Shown here piece by piece: positions 28,570 to 36,809 of a stretch of DNA of 64,000 nt. The stretch comes from Candidatus Sulfotelmatobacter sp. (GTDB lineage: Bacteria > Acidobacteriota > Terriglobia > Terriglobales > Acidobacteriaceae). Numbering within the stretch: position 1 is the stretch's first letter; each line of letters starts with the position of its first letter. The position numbers were made by a program, and so were the translations under genes. The stretch is taken from positions 4,716-68,715 of the forward strand of contig DAIUEW010000020.1 of NCBI GenBank assembly GCA_036844925.1. Direction: 5' to 3'. A model generated the notes under the pieces. That model made no database searches. It worked only from the letters and a program-made list of their open reading frames with translations, and was not told the DNA's origin.

Positions 28570-29427
28570 TTGGCATTGGAAAACCATCTGACTATCAATC
28601 CCATTTTGCGCTTTGCCGGGCTCGCGCTCTTTGCCGCGCTGCTGGTTGTGTGCGCTCTTGCTGTGCCCTGCTCTGCGCAGGACAACTACGAGATTCAGGT
28701 GTACGAGGCCGAGACGGTTGCTCCTCGTTCGACCATGGTCGAAATCCACTCCAACTTCACGGTCGAGGGCAGCAAGACCGTGCAAGACGGGATGCTGCCA
28801 ACGAACCACGCCGAGCATGAGACGCTTGAAATCACCCAAGGAATCAACGACTGGGCCGAGGTTGGCTTCTATCTGTTCACCAGCATTCAGCCGGGCGATG
28901 GCTGGCAATGGGTGGGCGACCATATTCGGCCGCGGGTGCGCGTTCCGGAGCGGTGGCATTGGCCGGTGGGCTTGAGCTTGTCGACTGAGATCGGTTATCA
29001 GCGTCCTGCATTCTCGCCCGATACATGGACTTGGGAAATTCGTCCTATCATCGATAAGAAGATTGGGCCGTGGTATCTGGCGTTCAATCCGGCGCTCGAC
29101 CGCTCGTGGCATGGACCGAGCGTGAACCAGGGAGTGACGTTCTCGCCGAACGCGAAGTTCAGTTACGATTTCACCAGGAAGATTGCGGGCGGGCTGGAAT
29201 ATTACGCGTCCTACGGTTCACTTACGGGCTTTGATGCGCTGCGCGATCAGCAGCAACAATTCTTTCCGGCGATCGATGTCGATTTTGGCCCGCAGTGGGA
29301 GTTCAACTTCGGCGTAGGCGTGGGGGCCACGCGCTCCACCGATCATTTGATTGTGAAGTGCATTATCGGGCGGCGTTTTTCGTGGCCGCACGGAGGTGGG
29401 GCAAAACTCAGGGATCTGCAGCCATGA
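28570..29427 (+). CDS. Putative outer-membrane beta-barrel protein (function unknown)
   Basis: TTG start. Signal peptide LALFAALLVVCALAVPCSAQ. Alternating aromatic/Gly-rich strands (WEFNFGVGVGAT, FSYDF). Resembles MetA-pathway-type hydrophobic-compound porins, but this assignment is only by pattern. Confidence 0.5.
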   Translation: MALENHLTINPILRFAGLALFAALLVVCALAVPCSAQDNYEIQVYEAETVAPRSTMVEIHSNFTVEGSKTVQDGMLPTNHAEHETLEITQGINDWAEVGFYLFTSIQPGDGWQWVGDHIRPRVRVPERWHWPVGLSLSTEIGYQRPAFSPDTWTWEIRPIIDKKIGPWYLAFNPALDRSWHGPSVNQGVTFSPNAKFSYDFTRKIAGGLEYYASYGSLTGFDALRDQQQQFFPAIDVDFGPQWEFNFGVGVGATRSTDHLIVKCIIGRRFSWPHGGGAKLRDLQP

Positions 29428-29469
29428 GTGTGATGCGACCTCACGGAGCCGCGAACGCTGCCAAGTTGC

Positions 29470-30570
29470 TCAGGGAACTGACGGTAGCGGCGGCGCCACT
29501 GAAGCTGGAGGTGGTGGATAGAGCGCCGCGCTGAGCGGACGATAGCGTGCGGAAAAAAAATAAATCGAATATGCCGGAAAGAACACGATGACCGGCACGG
29601 AAATCAGAGAGACCAGATAGAGAAAACCTGCGAGCAGAATGCTGCCTATCACTATCGCTAAAGTAATGGTGTAAGCGTCCCAGGTCAGGCCGGCCGTCTT
29701 CCCCGTGATCACGGCGATAATGCCTAATCCGACCGTTGGTATTGCAATGATCAAACCTACGATGAACGTGGCGATCCCAACCAAAATTGCTGCGGCGATG
29801 GCCAGCACAATCTTCATTCCGATGTAGCCGGCGTATCCGCCCTTCTCCGCCTTGATCATCGGCCAGAGTCGCCGCCATCCTTCGAAGGCGCTGACGCCTT
29901 CCAGAGCCATTTGGGGCACGACAAAATCTTTCGTCAATACAAAGATTACTGCCAGGACTACCAAAGCAATCATGAGCACGAAGAAAAGGACGAGCCCACC
30001 TAAAGCTAACGGGAGGATATGCTCTTTTGGCGACCTGAGCCACCCAGCGAAGAAAGCAAAAGCTGCAGGAATCCCGACCAATATAAGGATGACGGCCATG
30101 GTAAGTAATAAGTAAACGAGCTTCCATAAGAAGTATTGCCATCCCGGACCCTGCCTGCGCATCCAGCCCAGACGAATGTGGCATTCTTTTGCGAGGATGC
30201 TATCGAACAGAGTGAAGCGCATCACGCTGCTTATATACATGAAGATTATTCCCAACAGGATCGCGGCAACAACGATGGCGGATATGAGGCCGGCCAGAAG
30301 GGCAAAATCAATTCCCGCTAATCCCGGGAAGTGTGGCGAGGCACCGGGATGGCGTGGCAAATTGAAGTTGGATCGGTTACAGCCGCCGCTGGAGCCGAGC
30401 TCCCCGGCGAGCAGTCCGACCACTGCAAGCCTGGTCCATTGACCAATGCGGAAGGGCTGGAGCAGTTGCCGTTTTGTGTGTTCAATGGCAAGGTTGATCG
30501 CGTCGACGGCAGAGATCGGCAAAGCGCACCTCGAGGCTTGAGGGGGCCGGTCCGAAACCCGCCCTATCAT
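29470..30570 (-). CDS. Polytopic integral membrane protein, unknown function
   Basis: 366 aa with about 7 long hydrophobic segments rich in I/L/V/A/G. Pro-rich C-terminal tail. No recognisable catalytic motif. Confidence 0.5.
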   Translation of the reverse strand: MIGRVSDRPPQASRCALPISAVDAINLAIEHTKRQLLQPFRIGQWTRLAVVGLLAGELGSSGGCNRSNFNLPRHPGASPHFPGLAGIDFALLAGLISAIVVAAILLGIIFMYISSVMRFTLFDSILAKECHIRLGWMRRQGPGWQYFLWKLVYLLLTMAVILILVGIPAAFAFFAGWLRSPKEHILPLALGGLVLFFVLMIALVVLAVIFVLTKDFVVPQMALEGVSAFEGWRRLWPMIKAEKGGYAGYIGMKIVLAIAAAILVGIATFIVGLIIAIPTVGLGIIAVITGKTAGLTWDAYTITLAIVIGSILLAGFLYLVSLISVPVIVFFPAYSIYFFSARYRPLSAALYPPPPASVAPPLPSVP

Positions 30571-30762
30571 CAGATCGTAATACGCAACTGGGCTAGACGA
30601 AGTTCCCCTCTGTGGTTATCGCTCAGCAGCAAGGTACTAAGAATTGCAGTCGGGATCAAATTAAATCGGAAGAAGGAAGGGTCTCCAGGTTCCAGTTTTC
30701 AGTGCCGGCAGCCTCGACTCGAGGTTATGGAAAACGGAAACTGGAAGCCATCTCTTAAACAG

Positions 30763-30885
30763 TCCGGAGCAGCAAGTCGAGATCCCTCAGGGGCTAAAGC
30801 CCTCGTCTTTATTGGCTCTGGACGGCACGACTGAACGTCGTGCCCTTCCCGATCCCATTTATAAGATGGCTTGATGGCTTCTAGC
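30763..30885 (+). repeat. REP-like intergenic element, family A subtype 1
   Basis: tccggagcagcaagtcgagatccctcaggggctaaagccctcgtctttattggctctggacggcacgactgaacgtcgtgcccttcccgatcccatttataagatggct. Preceded at about 30695-30755 by ggaaaacggaaactgg-type repeats. Confidence 0.85.
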
Positions 30886-30890
30886 TTTCT

Positions 30891-32147
30891 TCATTCATAC
30901 CTCAGCGCCTCTACCGGATCCAGCTTGGAAGCACGCATCGCGGGAACCAGTCCGCTGATTACGCCCACCACCAGCAACACCGCGGCCGAAAGCATGACGG
31001 TCATCATCGAGATGCGGAGATGTATGTCACCCTGGCCGGAATCGTCTTCAAAGAGCGGTCCCATCATCGGCAAAGTGCCCACGGCCCAGGCGATCAGGTA
31101 GGAGAGAGCAACGCCGATTGCGCCGCCCAGTAGCATGATCAACAGAGTCTCCGCCAGGAACTGCAATTTGATGTGGCGTTTTCTTGCGCCCAGGGCGCGG
31201 CGCAAGCCGATCTCACGGATGCGCTCGTCCACCGTCACCAGCATGATATTCATAACGCCGACGCCGCCGATTCCCAAGGTCAGGGTTCCAATAAATGCGA
31301 GCAAGACCTGCAGACCAATCGTCAGCGCGTCGATCACTGGGCGGAATTCGTCACGACCGAACATCTGGAAGGCTTTGGGGTCGGTCGGCGAAAAACCCTG
31401 GCGCGTGGCTACGGCGGCGAGAACCTGCGCCATCGCTTTTTTCTCGAACTGCGGAGCGATCGGCTCAAACAGCATGACCGCCGCGTAGCGAGTGTCCCAC
31501 AAATCGCCGGCGGTTGAATAGGGGATCCAGGAAGATTCGTCGTCGCTGCTGAAATAGTTGCTAAGCTGAATCTTCCGAGCCATCACGCCGATGACGGTGA
31601 AGCGTACGCCGCCGACCGTCACGGTCTCGTCGACCGCGGGCCGGCCGCTGAACAATTTCTCTTTGAGGCGTCCGCCGAGAAAGATCACACGCCGCCGTTC
31701 GAGTTCGTCATTCGAATCGAGCCAACGGCCTTCCGAGGGCACCTCGTTGCGCATCTCGCCGTACTCCGGGCAGACTCCGCGCACCGGAGCGGTTCCGGCT
31801 ATGCGGTCCCCGTAGGCGATGCCCGGCCGCTTCACGGTTTCGCGGCAGATGTGCTTCACCAGCGGCGCCGTCGCCTTTACCATGTCGACGTCGGCTTGCT
31901 CGATAAGAACTTTCTTTCCAGCGCGCTGGCCGCCCGGCTGCTCGCTGGTTTGTTGCGGCCAACAGATCACTACACTCTTGCCAAACGCATCAAAGCCGTG
32001 CACGAGCACGCTGCGAAAGCTGTTGCCATAGGCGATCAGCAGGGTGACGGTGGCGATTCCCCAGATTACGCCGAGCATGGTGAGCAGGCTGCGGGTTACG
32101 TTGCGCCGCAAGGCGATCCAGGCTTCGATCATGATCTCTAGCAGCAT
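30891..32147 (-). CDS. MacB/FtsX-type ABC transporter permease
   Basis: 418 aa. TM1 (LLTMLGVIWGIATV), about 220-aa periplasmic domain, C-terminal FtsX 3-TM bundle (RIREIGLRRALGARKRHI). Paralog of 32193-33452. Confidence 0.85.
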   Translation of the reverse strand: MLLEIMIEAWIALRRNVTRSLLTMLGVIWGIATVTLLIAYGNSFRSVLVHGFDAFGKSVVICWPQQTSEQPGGQRAGKKVLIEQADVDMVKATAPLVKHICRETVKRPGIAYGDRIAGTAPVRGVCPEYGEMRNEVPSEGRWLDSNDELERRRVIFLGGRLKEKLFSGRPAVDETVTVGGVRFTVIGVMARKIQLSNYFSSDDESSWIPYSTAGDLWDTRYAAVMLFEPIAPQFEKKAMAQVLAAVATRQGFSPTDPKAFQMFGRDEFRPVIDALTIGLQVLLAFIGTLTLGIGGVGVMNIMLVTVDERIREIGLRRALGARKRHIKLQFLAETLLIMLLGGAIGVALSYLIAWAVGTLPMMGPLFEDDSGQGDIHLRISMMTVMLSAAVLLVVGVISGLVPAMRASKLDPVEALRYE

Positions 32148-32192
32148 TAGTAAAATCGGTCACCCACGAAGTTCGTCAAGGTCTACTAAGCC

Positions 32193-33452
32193 TTATCCTC
32201 CGGCTTCGTAGCGAAGAGCCTCAATCGGATCGATGGATGCGGCTCTCCGCGCGGGATACAGGGCAGCCAAGACTGCAACTGTGCCCAGCAGTCCGGTCGC
32301 GACGAGGCCCGCTGTCCAATCGGGAATCAAGCCCGCGAAGAAGTCTGGCATGGGGAGTAAGTTCACCAGGGCGCAAAAGCCGAAGGCTATAGCCAAGCCA
32401 ATCGCACCACTGAGCAGGGCGATGATCAGAGCTTCGACAAAAAATTGCCGCAGGATTGTCCCAGCTGGAGCTCCGATCGCTTTGCGCACACCAATCTCGC
32501 GGGTACGCTCGCGCACGGCTACCAGCATTACATTCATCACGCCGAGACCGCCAAGGCACAGGGTCACGATGCCCACGGCGCCGAGGAAATATTTCATTCC
32601 GTCGGTCATCGCCTTGAAGGCTTGCGCCTCTTGCACTGTATCCCAGATAGGGCAGGCTTCCTTGTCATTTGGATCGTAACGATGCATGCGCGCCAATGCT
32701 ACGCGGACCTCATGTTTGCAGGCCTCGTGCTGCTCCACCGATTTTGGCGTGACGAGCAACTGATCGAACGTGGTCGGCGTTCCCGGCGGCTTGTCGGGGA
32801 AATCGCGGCGCATGGCGGAGAAGGGAACGAAGATTTTATTTACGTCCCAACCGTCGTAGCTGGAATCCTGCTTTTTCTTTGCCATCACTCCAATGACGAC
32901 GTAAGGAAAATCATTCAAGTAAATGTTGTCCCCGACCGGATTGCGGCCGGGAAATAATTGCTTGGCGGCGTCTGATCCGAGAAACGCAACGCGCCTGGCC
33001 TCGCGCATGTCGTTCCAGTCGTAGAAACGCCCCAGGCCTACGTCGAGGGTGCGGATGTAGGCGAACTGCGGATGCGAGCCGGTTACTGTGAGCGCGGCAT
33101 TATTGAAGTTGCTGTGAGCGCGGACCGTATCCTGCTCAAGCTCTGGAATGGCATATTGGCAGTCCGGTGTCTCGGCATGCACGACGGACAGGTCGTCGTC
33201 TTCCCAATGCACCAGCCGGCCGGCGTGCGTTCCTCCAGCCTGCAGGCTGGTGCGGCCGTGAAAAACGATCATCACGTCTTTCCCCAAATTCTTTGCCTGC
33301 TCTTCCTGTCCCTTTCGGAGGCCCTCACCTGCCGCAACCATCAACACAATCGATACAATTCCCCAGGCAATGCCGAACATGGTGAGGAATGCCCGCATTT
33401 TATGTGCCCACAGAGTACGAAGCACATCCTGGAAGAGGTCTTTGAGAGTCAT
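32193..33452 (-). CDS. MacB/FtsX-type ABC transporter permease
   Basis: 419 aa with the same architecture (RTREIGVRKAIGAPAGTI). No ATPase or membrane-fusion gene adjacent. Confidence 0.85.
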   Translation of the reverse strand: MTLKDLFQDVLRTLWAHKMRAFLTMFGIAWGIVSIVLMVAAGEGLRKGQEEQAKNLGKDVMIVFHGRTSLQAGGTHAGRLVHWEDDDLSVVHAETPDCQYAIPELEQDTVRAHSNFNNAALTVTGSHPQFAYIRTLDVGLGRFYDWNDMREARRVAFLGSDAAKQLFPGRNPVGDNIYLNDFPYVVIGVMAKKKQDSSYDGWDVNKIFVPFSAMRRDFPDKPPGTPTTFDQLLVTPKSVEQHEACKHEVRVALARMHRYDPNDKEACPIWDTVQEAQAFKAMTDGMKYFLGAVGIVTLCLGGLGVMNVMLVAVRERTREIGVRKAIGAPAGTILRQFFVEALIIALLSGAIGLAIAFGFCALVNLLPMPDFFAGLIPDWTAGLVATGLLGTVAVLAALYPARRAASIDPIEALRYEAGG

Positions 33453-33600
33453 AGCGCTTCAGCGATCGATGGGATTGCCATCGTTTGAACTCATTCGTTG
33501 GACGCGACCGGGACGAGAAAGTGATCGTCGAGGCAGGTCCGTACTGGTTATAAATACGTATTGGCGCAGGATTAAGTTCAGTGAGGGAATGCCAGTTTCT

Positions 33601-34134
33601 TTACCTGGAGGGTTGCGGAGGAATATTTTTTTGCATTACAAAAAGGGGTGTGCCATGCAAATCGTGAGGGCCTTCGTCGGTCCGAGTGAAGCCCGAGCGT
33701 TCATACAGTCGAATCGCGGAACTTAGGAATGGAGTGGTGCTGAGAAGGAGACGCACGCATCCCTGGGCGGTAGCCCAATTTTCCACGTGCTGCAAAAGCG
33801 CAGCTCCGGTGCCGCTTCCGCGGGCCGAAGGCAATACTGCCATTCCACGGATATAGGCGGCTTTGCCTTTTACCACGGCCGCGACCGTGCCCAGCACTTT
33901 ATTCTTACGCGACGCTATCCATACCGGCCCTTCGCGCATGCGGGTGAGAATCTGCCCCGGTGCGGGAGTGGTAGCGGAAAAACCGCCCGCAGTATAAAGA
34001 GACTTGAATTCGGCGAATGAATCGAGGAGTGTTTGCGCAATTACCGACGCATCCTCGGGTGCAGCGCGACGAATATCGATGTGAGTAGCATCGGGCATTG
34101 GTGGAGGCTCGCTTCTCGCCGCCGCGCGATTCAA
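33601..34134 (-). CDS. GNAT-family N-acetyltransferase
   Basis: Acetyl-CoA motif A RGMAVLPSARGSGTGAALL. The ATG at 34134 overlaps the trmFO stop as ATGA. Alternative start at 34098. Confidence 0.75.
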   Translation of the reverse strand: MNRAAARSEPPPMPDATHIDIRRAAPEDASVIAQTLLDSFAEFKSLYTAGGFSATTPAPGQILTRMREGPVWIASRKNKVLGTVAAVVKGKAAYIRGMAVLPSARGSGTGAALLQHVENWATAQGCVRLLLSTTPFLSSAIRLYERSGFTRTDEGPHDLHGTPLFVMQKNIPPQPSR

Positions 34135-35525
34135 GCTTTACACGCCGGCATGCCGGAGGCCTGCAACCACAGATCAAATTCTTTCAGCGCCAACTCACAC
34201 TGCAAGCGATGTCGTTCTTTGCGGTCGCGGATCTTGTTTTCGAGCGGCGGCAGAAGATCGAAGGTGATGTTTGCGGGCTGAAAATTCTTCGGGTCGGCAT
34301 GAGTTACATAATGAACGAGCGATCCAAAGGACGATGCCCGCAGAGGCGCAGTGGGGGCTTCGTCGCGCGCGAGCGAGGCGGCGTGCATTCCTGCCATGAG
34401 ACCCGTCGCGATCGACTCCACGTATCCTTCGACGCCGCAGATTTGTCCTGCGAACAAGACTCGCGGATGGGCCTTCATCTGCAGCGTGTCGCGCAACAGC
34501 GTCGGAGCATTGACGTAGGTGTTGCGATGAATCTGGCCATAGCGGAGGAAACGGGCGTTCTCGAGTCCCGGGATTAGTCGCAAGATGCGCGCCTGCTCGC
34601 TAAACTTCAAATGATTCTGAAATCCAACGAGGTTGTAGGAATCGGCGCGCAGATTTTCCTGCCGCAACTGCACCACCGCGTAGGGCATGCGGCCGGTGCG
34701 CGGGTCTTTCAGTCCGACCGGCTTCATTGGACCAAAACGCAGCGTATCGCGTCCGCGACGCGCGATCTCTTCAATGGGCAGACAGCTCTCGAAATAATTC
34801 AGCTTCTCCCAATCGCGTTCCTCGACCGACTGTGCCGCCAGAAGCGCATCGTAGAATCGGCCATACTCTTCGGGCGACATGGGGCAGTTAATGTAGTCGG
34901 CCGATCCTTTGTCATATCGCGCCGCCATATAGACGCGCGACATGTCGATCGAATCGGCCTCAACGATGGGGCTGATGGAATCGTAAAAATAGAGGCGGGA
35001 ATTGGCAGGAGCCGCATTGTGCGCGGGCATGGCGCTTGGCTGGAGGGTGGACTCTTCCGAAGCCGTACTCAACCGCGCAATCTCGTTGGCGAGTGATTCG
35101 GAGGTCAGAGGCCCGGTTGCGATGATGGTGACGTGGTCGCCGGCCTCATCGATCGAAGTTACCTCTTCCCGCCGAATAGAAATGAGAGGTTCGTGCGAGA
35201 TTGTTTCCGTAACTTTGGCCGCGAAGGTCACGCGATCCACGGCTAACGCGTGTCCGGCTGGAACCGCGCACTCGCGTGCGATTTGCAGGAGCAGCGATCC
35301 AGCTCGCCGCATTTCTTCCTTCAACAACCACGGGGCGGTGTTCTCGCTGTCGGACTTCAGCGAATTCGAGCACACCAGTTCCGCGAAGTCGGCGGTCTGA
35401 TGGGCCGGCGTCGAGCGCACCGGACGCATCTCAAATAGTTCGACTTCGATGCCGCGGCGGGCGCACTGCCATGCCGCCTCTGACCCAGCCAGCCCCGCTC
35501 CGATGATGCGAACTCGCGGGCTCAT
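34131..35525 (-). CDS. trmFO: Methylenetetrahydrofolate--tRNA-(uracil54-C5)-methyltransferase
   Basis: FAD motif VRIIGAGLAGSEAAWQ, SNSLK, GQICGVEGYVES. Start set at MSPRV (35525), which overlaps the upstream GNAT stop as ATGA; the ORF extends to 35582. Confidence 0.9.
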   Translation of the reverse strand: MSPRVRIIGAGLAGSEAAWQCARRGIEVELFEMRPVRSTPAHQTADFAELVCSNSLKSDSENTAPWLLKEEMRRAGSLLLQIARECAVPAGHALAVDRVTFAAKVTETISHEPLISIRREEVTSIDEAGDHVTIIATGPLTSESLANEIARLSTASEESTLQPSAMPAHNAAPANSRLYFYDSISPIVEADSIDMSRVYMAARYDKGSADYINCPMSPEEYGRFYDALLAAQSVEERDWEKLNYFESCLPIEEIARRGRDTLRFGPMKPVGLKDPRTGRMPYAVVQLRQENLRADSYNLVGFQNHLKFSEQARILRLIPGLENARFLRYGQIHRNTYVNAPTLLRDTLQMKAHPRVLFAGQICGVEGYVESIATGLMAGMHAASLARDEAPTAPLRASSFGSLVHYVTHADPKNFQPANITFDLLPPLENKIRDRKERHRLQCELALKEFDLWLQASGMPACKA

Positions 35526-36001
35526 CGCTCTCTTTCCGCCAGCCGCCGCAGTGGTTCGTCTCTCAACAATACCGATTTCCAACGATCGGGAAACTCAGCT
35601 CCCAAAGATTTGTAGACCGCAATCGCATTTTCATTCCAATCGAGAACCTCCCAGCGCATGGCGCAGCAGTTCTCGCGCAAGGCGATCTGCGCCACGGCGG
35701 AGAGCATTGCGATTCCAATTCCCTTACCGCGAAACTGTTCGCGGACAAACAGATCCTCGAGATAAAGCCCCGGGCCGACCCACGTGGAATAATAGCCGAA
35801 GAAAAGCGCGTATCCAGCAGGCTGGCTATCCCACTCGGCAATCAACGCGCGGAATTTGGGGTCTGCTCCGAAGCCGTCACGCGCCAAGTCCGCTTCTTCG
35901 ATCACGCAATGATCCAACTCGCGTTCAAATTCTGCGAGTTCGCGGATCAAGGTCCGCAATAAACCCACGTCACTGGTCGTGGCACAGCGAATGGAAAGCA
36001 T
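35522..36001 (-). CDS. GNAT-family N-acetyltransferase (diamine/SSAT-like)
   Basis: 159 aa. LYLEDLFVREQFRGKGIGIAML motif A. Confidence 0.8.
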   Translation of the reverse strand: MLSIRCATTSDVGLLRTLIRELAEFERELDHCVIEEADLARDGFGADPKFRALIAEWDSQPAGYALFFGYYSTWVGPGLYLEDLFVREQFRGKGIGIAMLSAVAQIALRENCCAMRWEVLDWNENAIAVYKSLGAEFPDRWKSVLLRDEPLRRLAERER

Positions 36002-36163
36002 TGCGGGTCGGAAGAACTAGCTGGTTACTAGTGTAACGCGCGACAGGTAATCTCGGCGGTTGATTGTCGCTGGTTGATCTTCATCGGGTGATCAAGGTCG
36101 AATGCGCGGGATTCACGATTCATCTATCATGAGTGGTATCTAATCATCATCTGGGAGGATTTG

Positions 36164-36688
36164 ATGGCGCGTGTCGGTTTAATCGAACGGGAGTCAGCGT
36201 CTCCTGAGGTGCGCGAGATTTACGACGTAGCGCTTCGAGGCAAGCCCGGCAACATACAGAAGGCGCTCGCGCATCGCCCCGAGATGCTCAAGAATTTCTT
36301 ACCCTTTTACTCCAGCGTAGGACGCTCTCTCGATCGCAGGCTTTATGAACTGATCTATTTACGTGTCTCTCTGATCAATGGATGCCATTACTGTACGCAG
36401 CACCACGTCGCGTCATCGAAGCGTGCGGGGCTCACTGCTGAAGATTGGACGGTACTGAGGGCGGGAAATTATTCGCGATACACTGACAAGGAGCGGGCAG
36501 CGCTAACCTACATTGAGAAGTTGACGCGCGCCCCACATGAGATCACAGAAGATGATTTCGAACTGAAGAAACATTTTTCGGACCCTGAGATTGTAGACAT
36601 CCATATGCTTGCTGGGCTTGCCAACCTCACGAACCGAGTGACCGACCCCCTGGGTCTGGAGTTGGAGTTTCCAGAGGAAACAATCTGA
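36164..36688 (+). CDS. Carboxymuconolactone decarboxylase / AhpD-like family protein
   Basis: INGCHYCTQHH CxxC motif typical of the CMD/AhpD fold. GGGAGGA RBS 5 nt before the ATG. Confidence 0.8.
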   Translation: MARVGLIERESASPEVREIYDVALRGKPGNIQKALAHRPEMLKNFLPFYSSVGRSLDRRLYELIYLRVSLINGCHYCTQHHVASSKRAGLTAEDWTVLRAGNYSRYTDKERAALTYIEKLTRAPHEITEDDFELKKHFSDPEIVDIHMLAGLANLTNRVTDPLGLELEFPEETI

Positions 36689-36809
36689 GGCTACCCGGGA
36701 TTCACACGGATTTTCACGGATTCGTGAGGAATTGGCCATTGATCCGTATTATCCACGTGATCTTTATCGCTATCGCTGCGACTTTATCCCGTGACCTGTG
36801 GCTCGGCAG

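Noticed and set aside
36164-36688. AhpD-like gene next to selB considered as a selenoprotein (UGA recoding)
   Set aside because: The redox motif is encoded as Cys (CHYC). There is no in-frame TGA in or near the ORF and no obvious SECIS-like hairpin.
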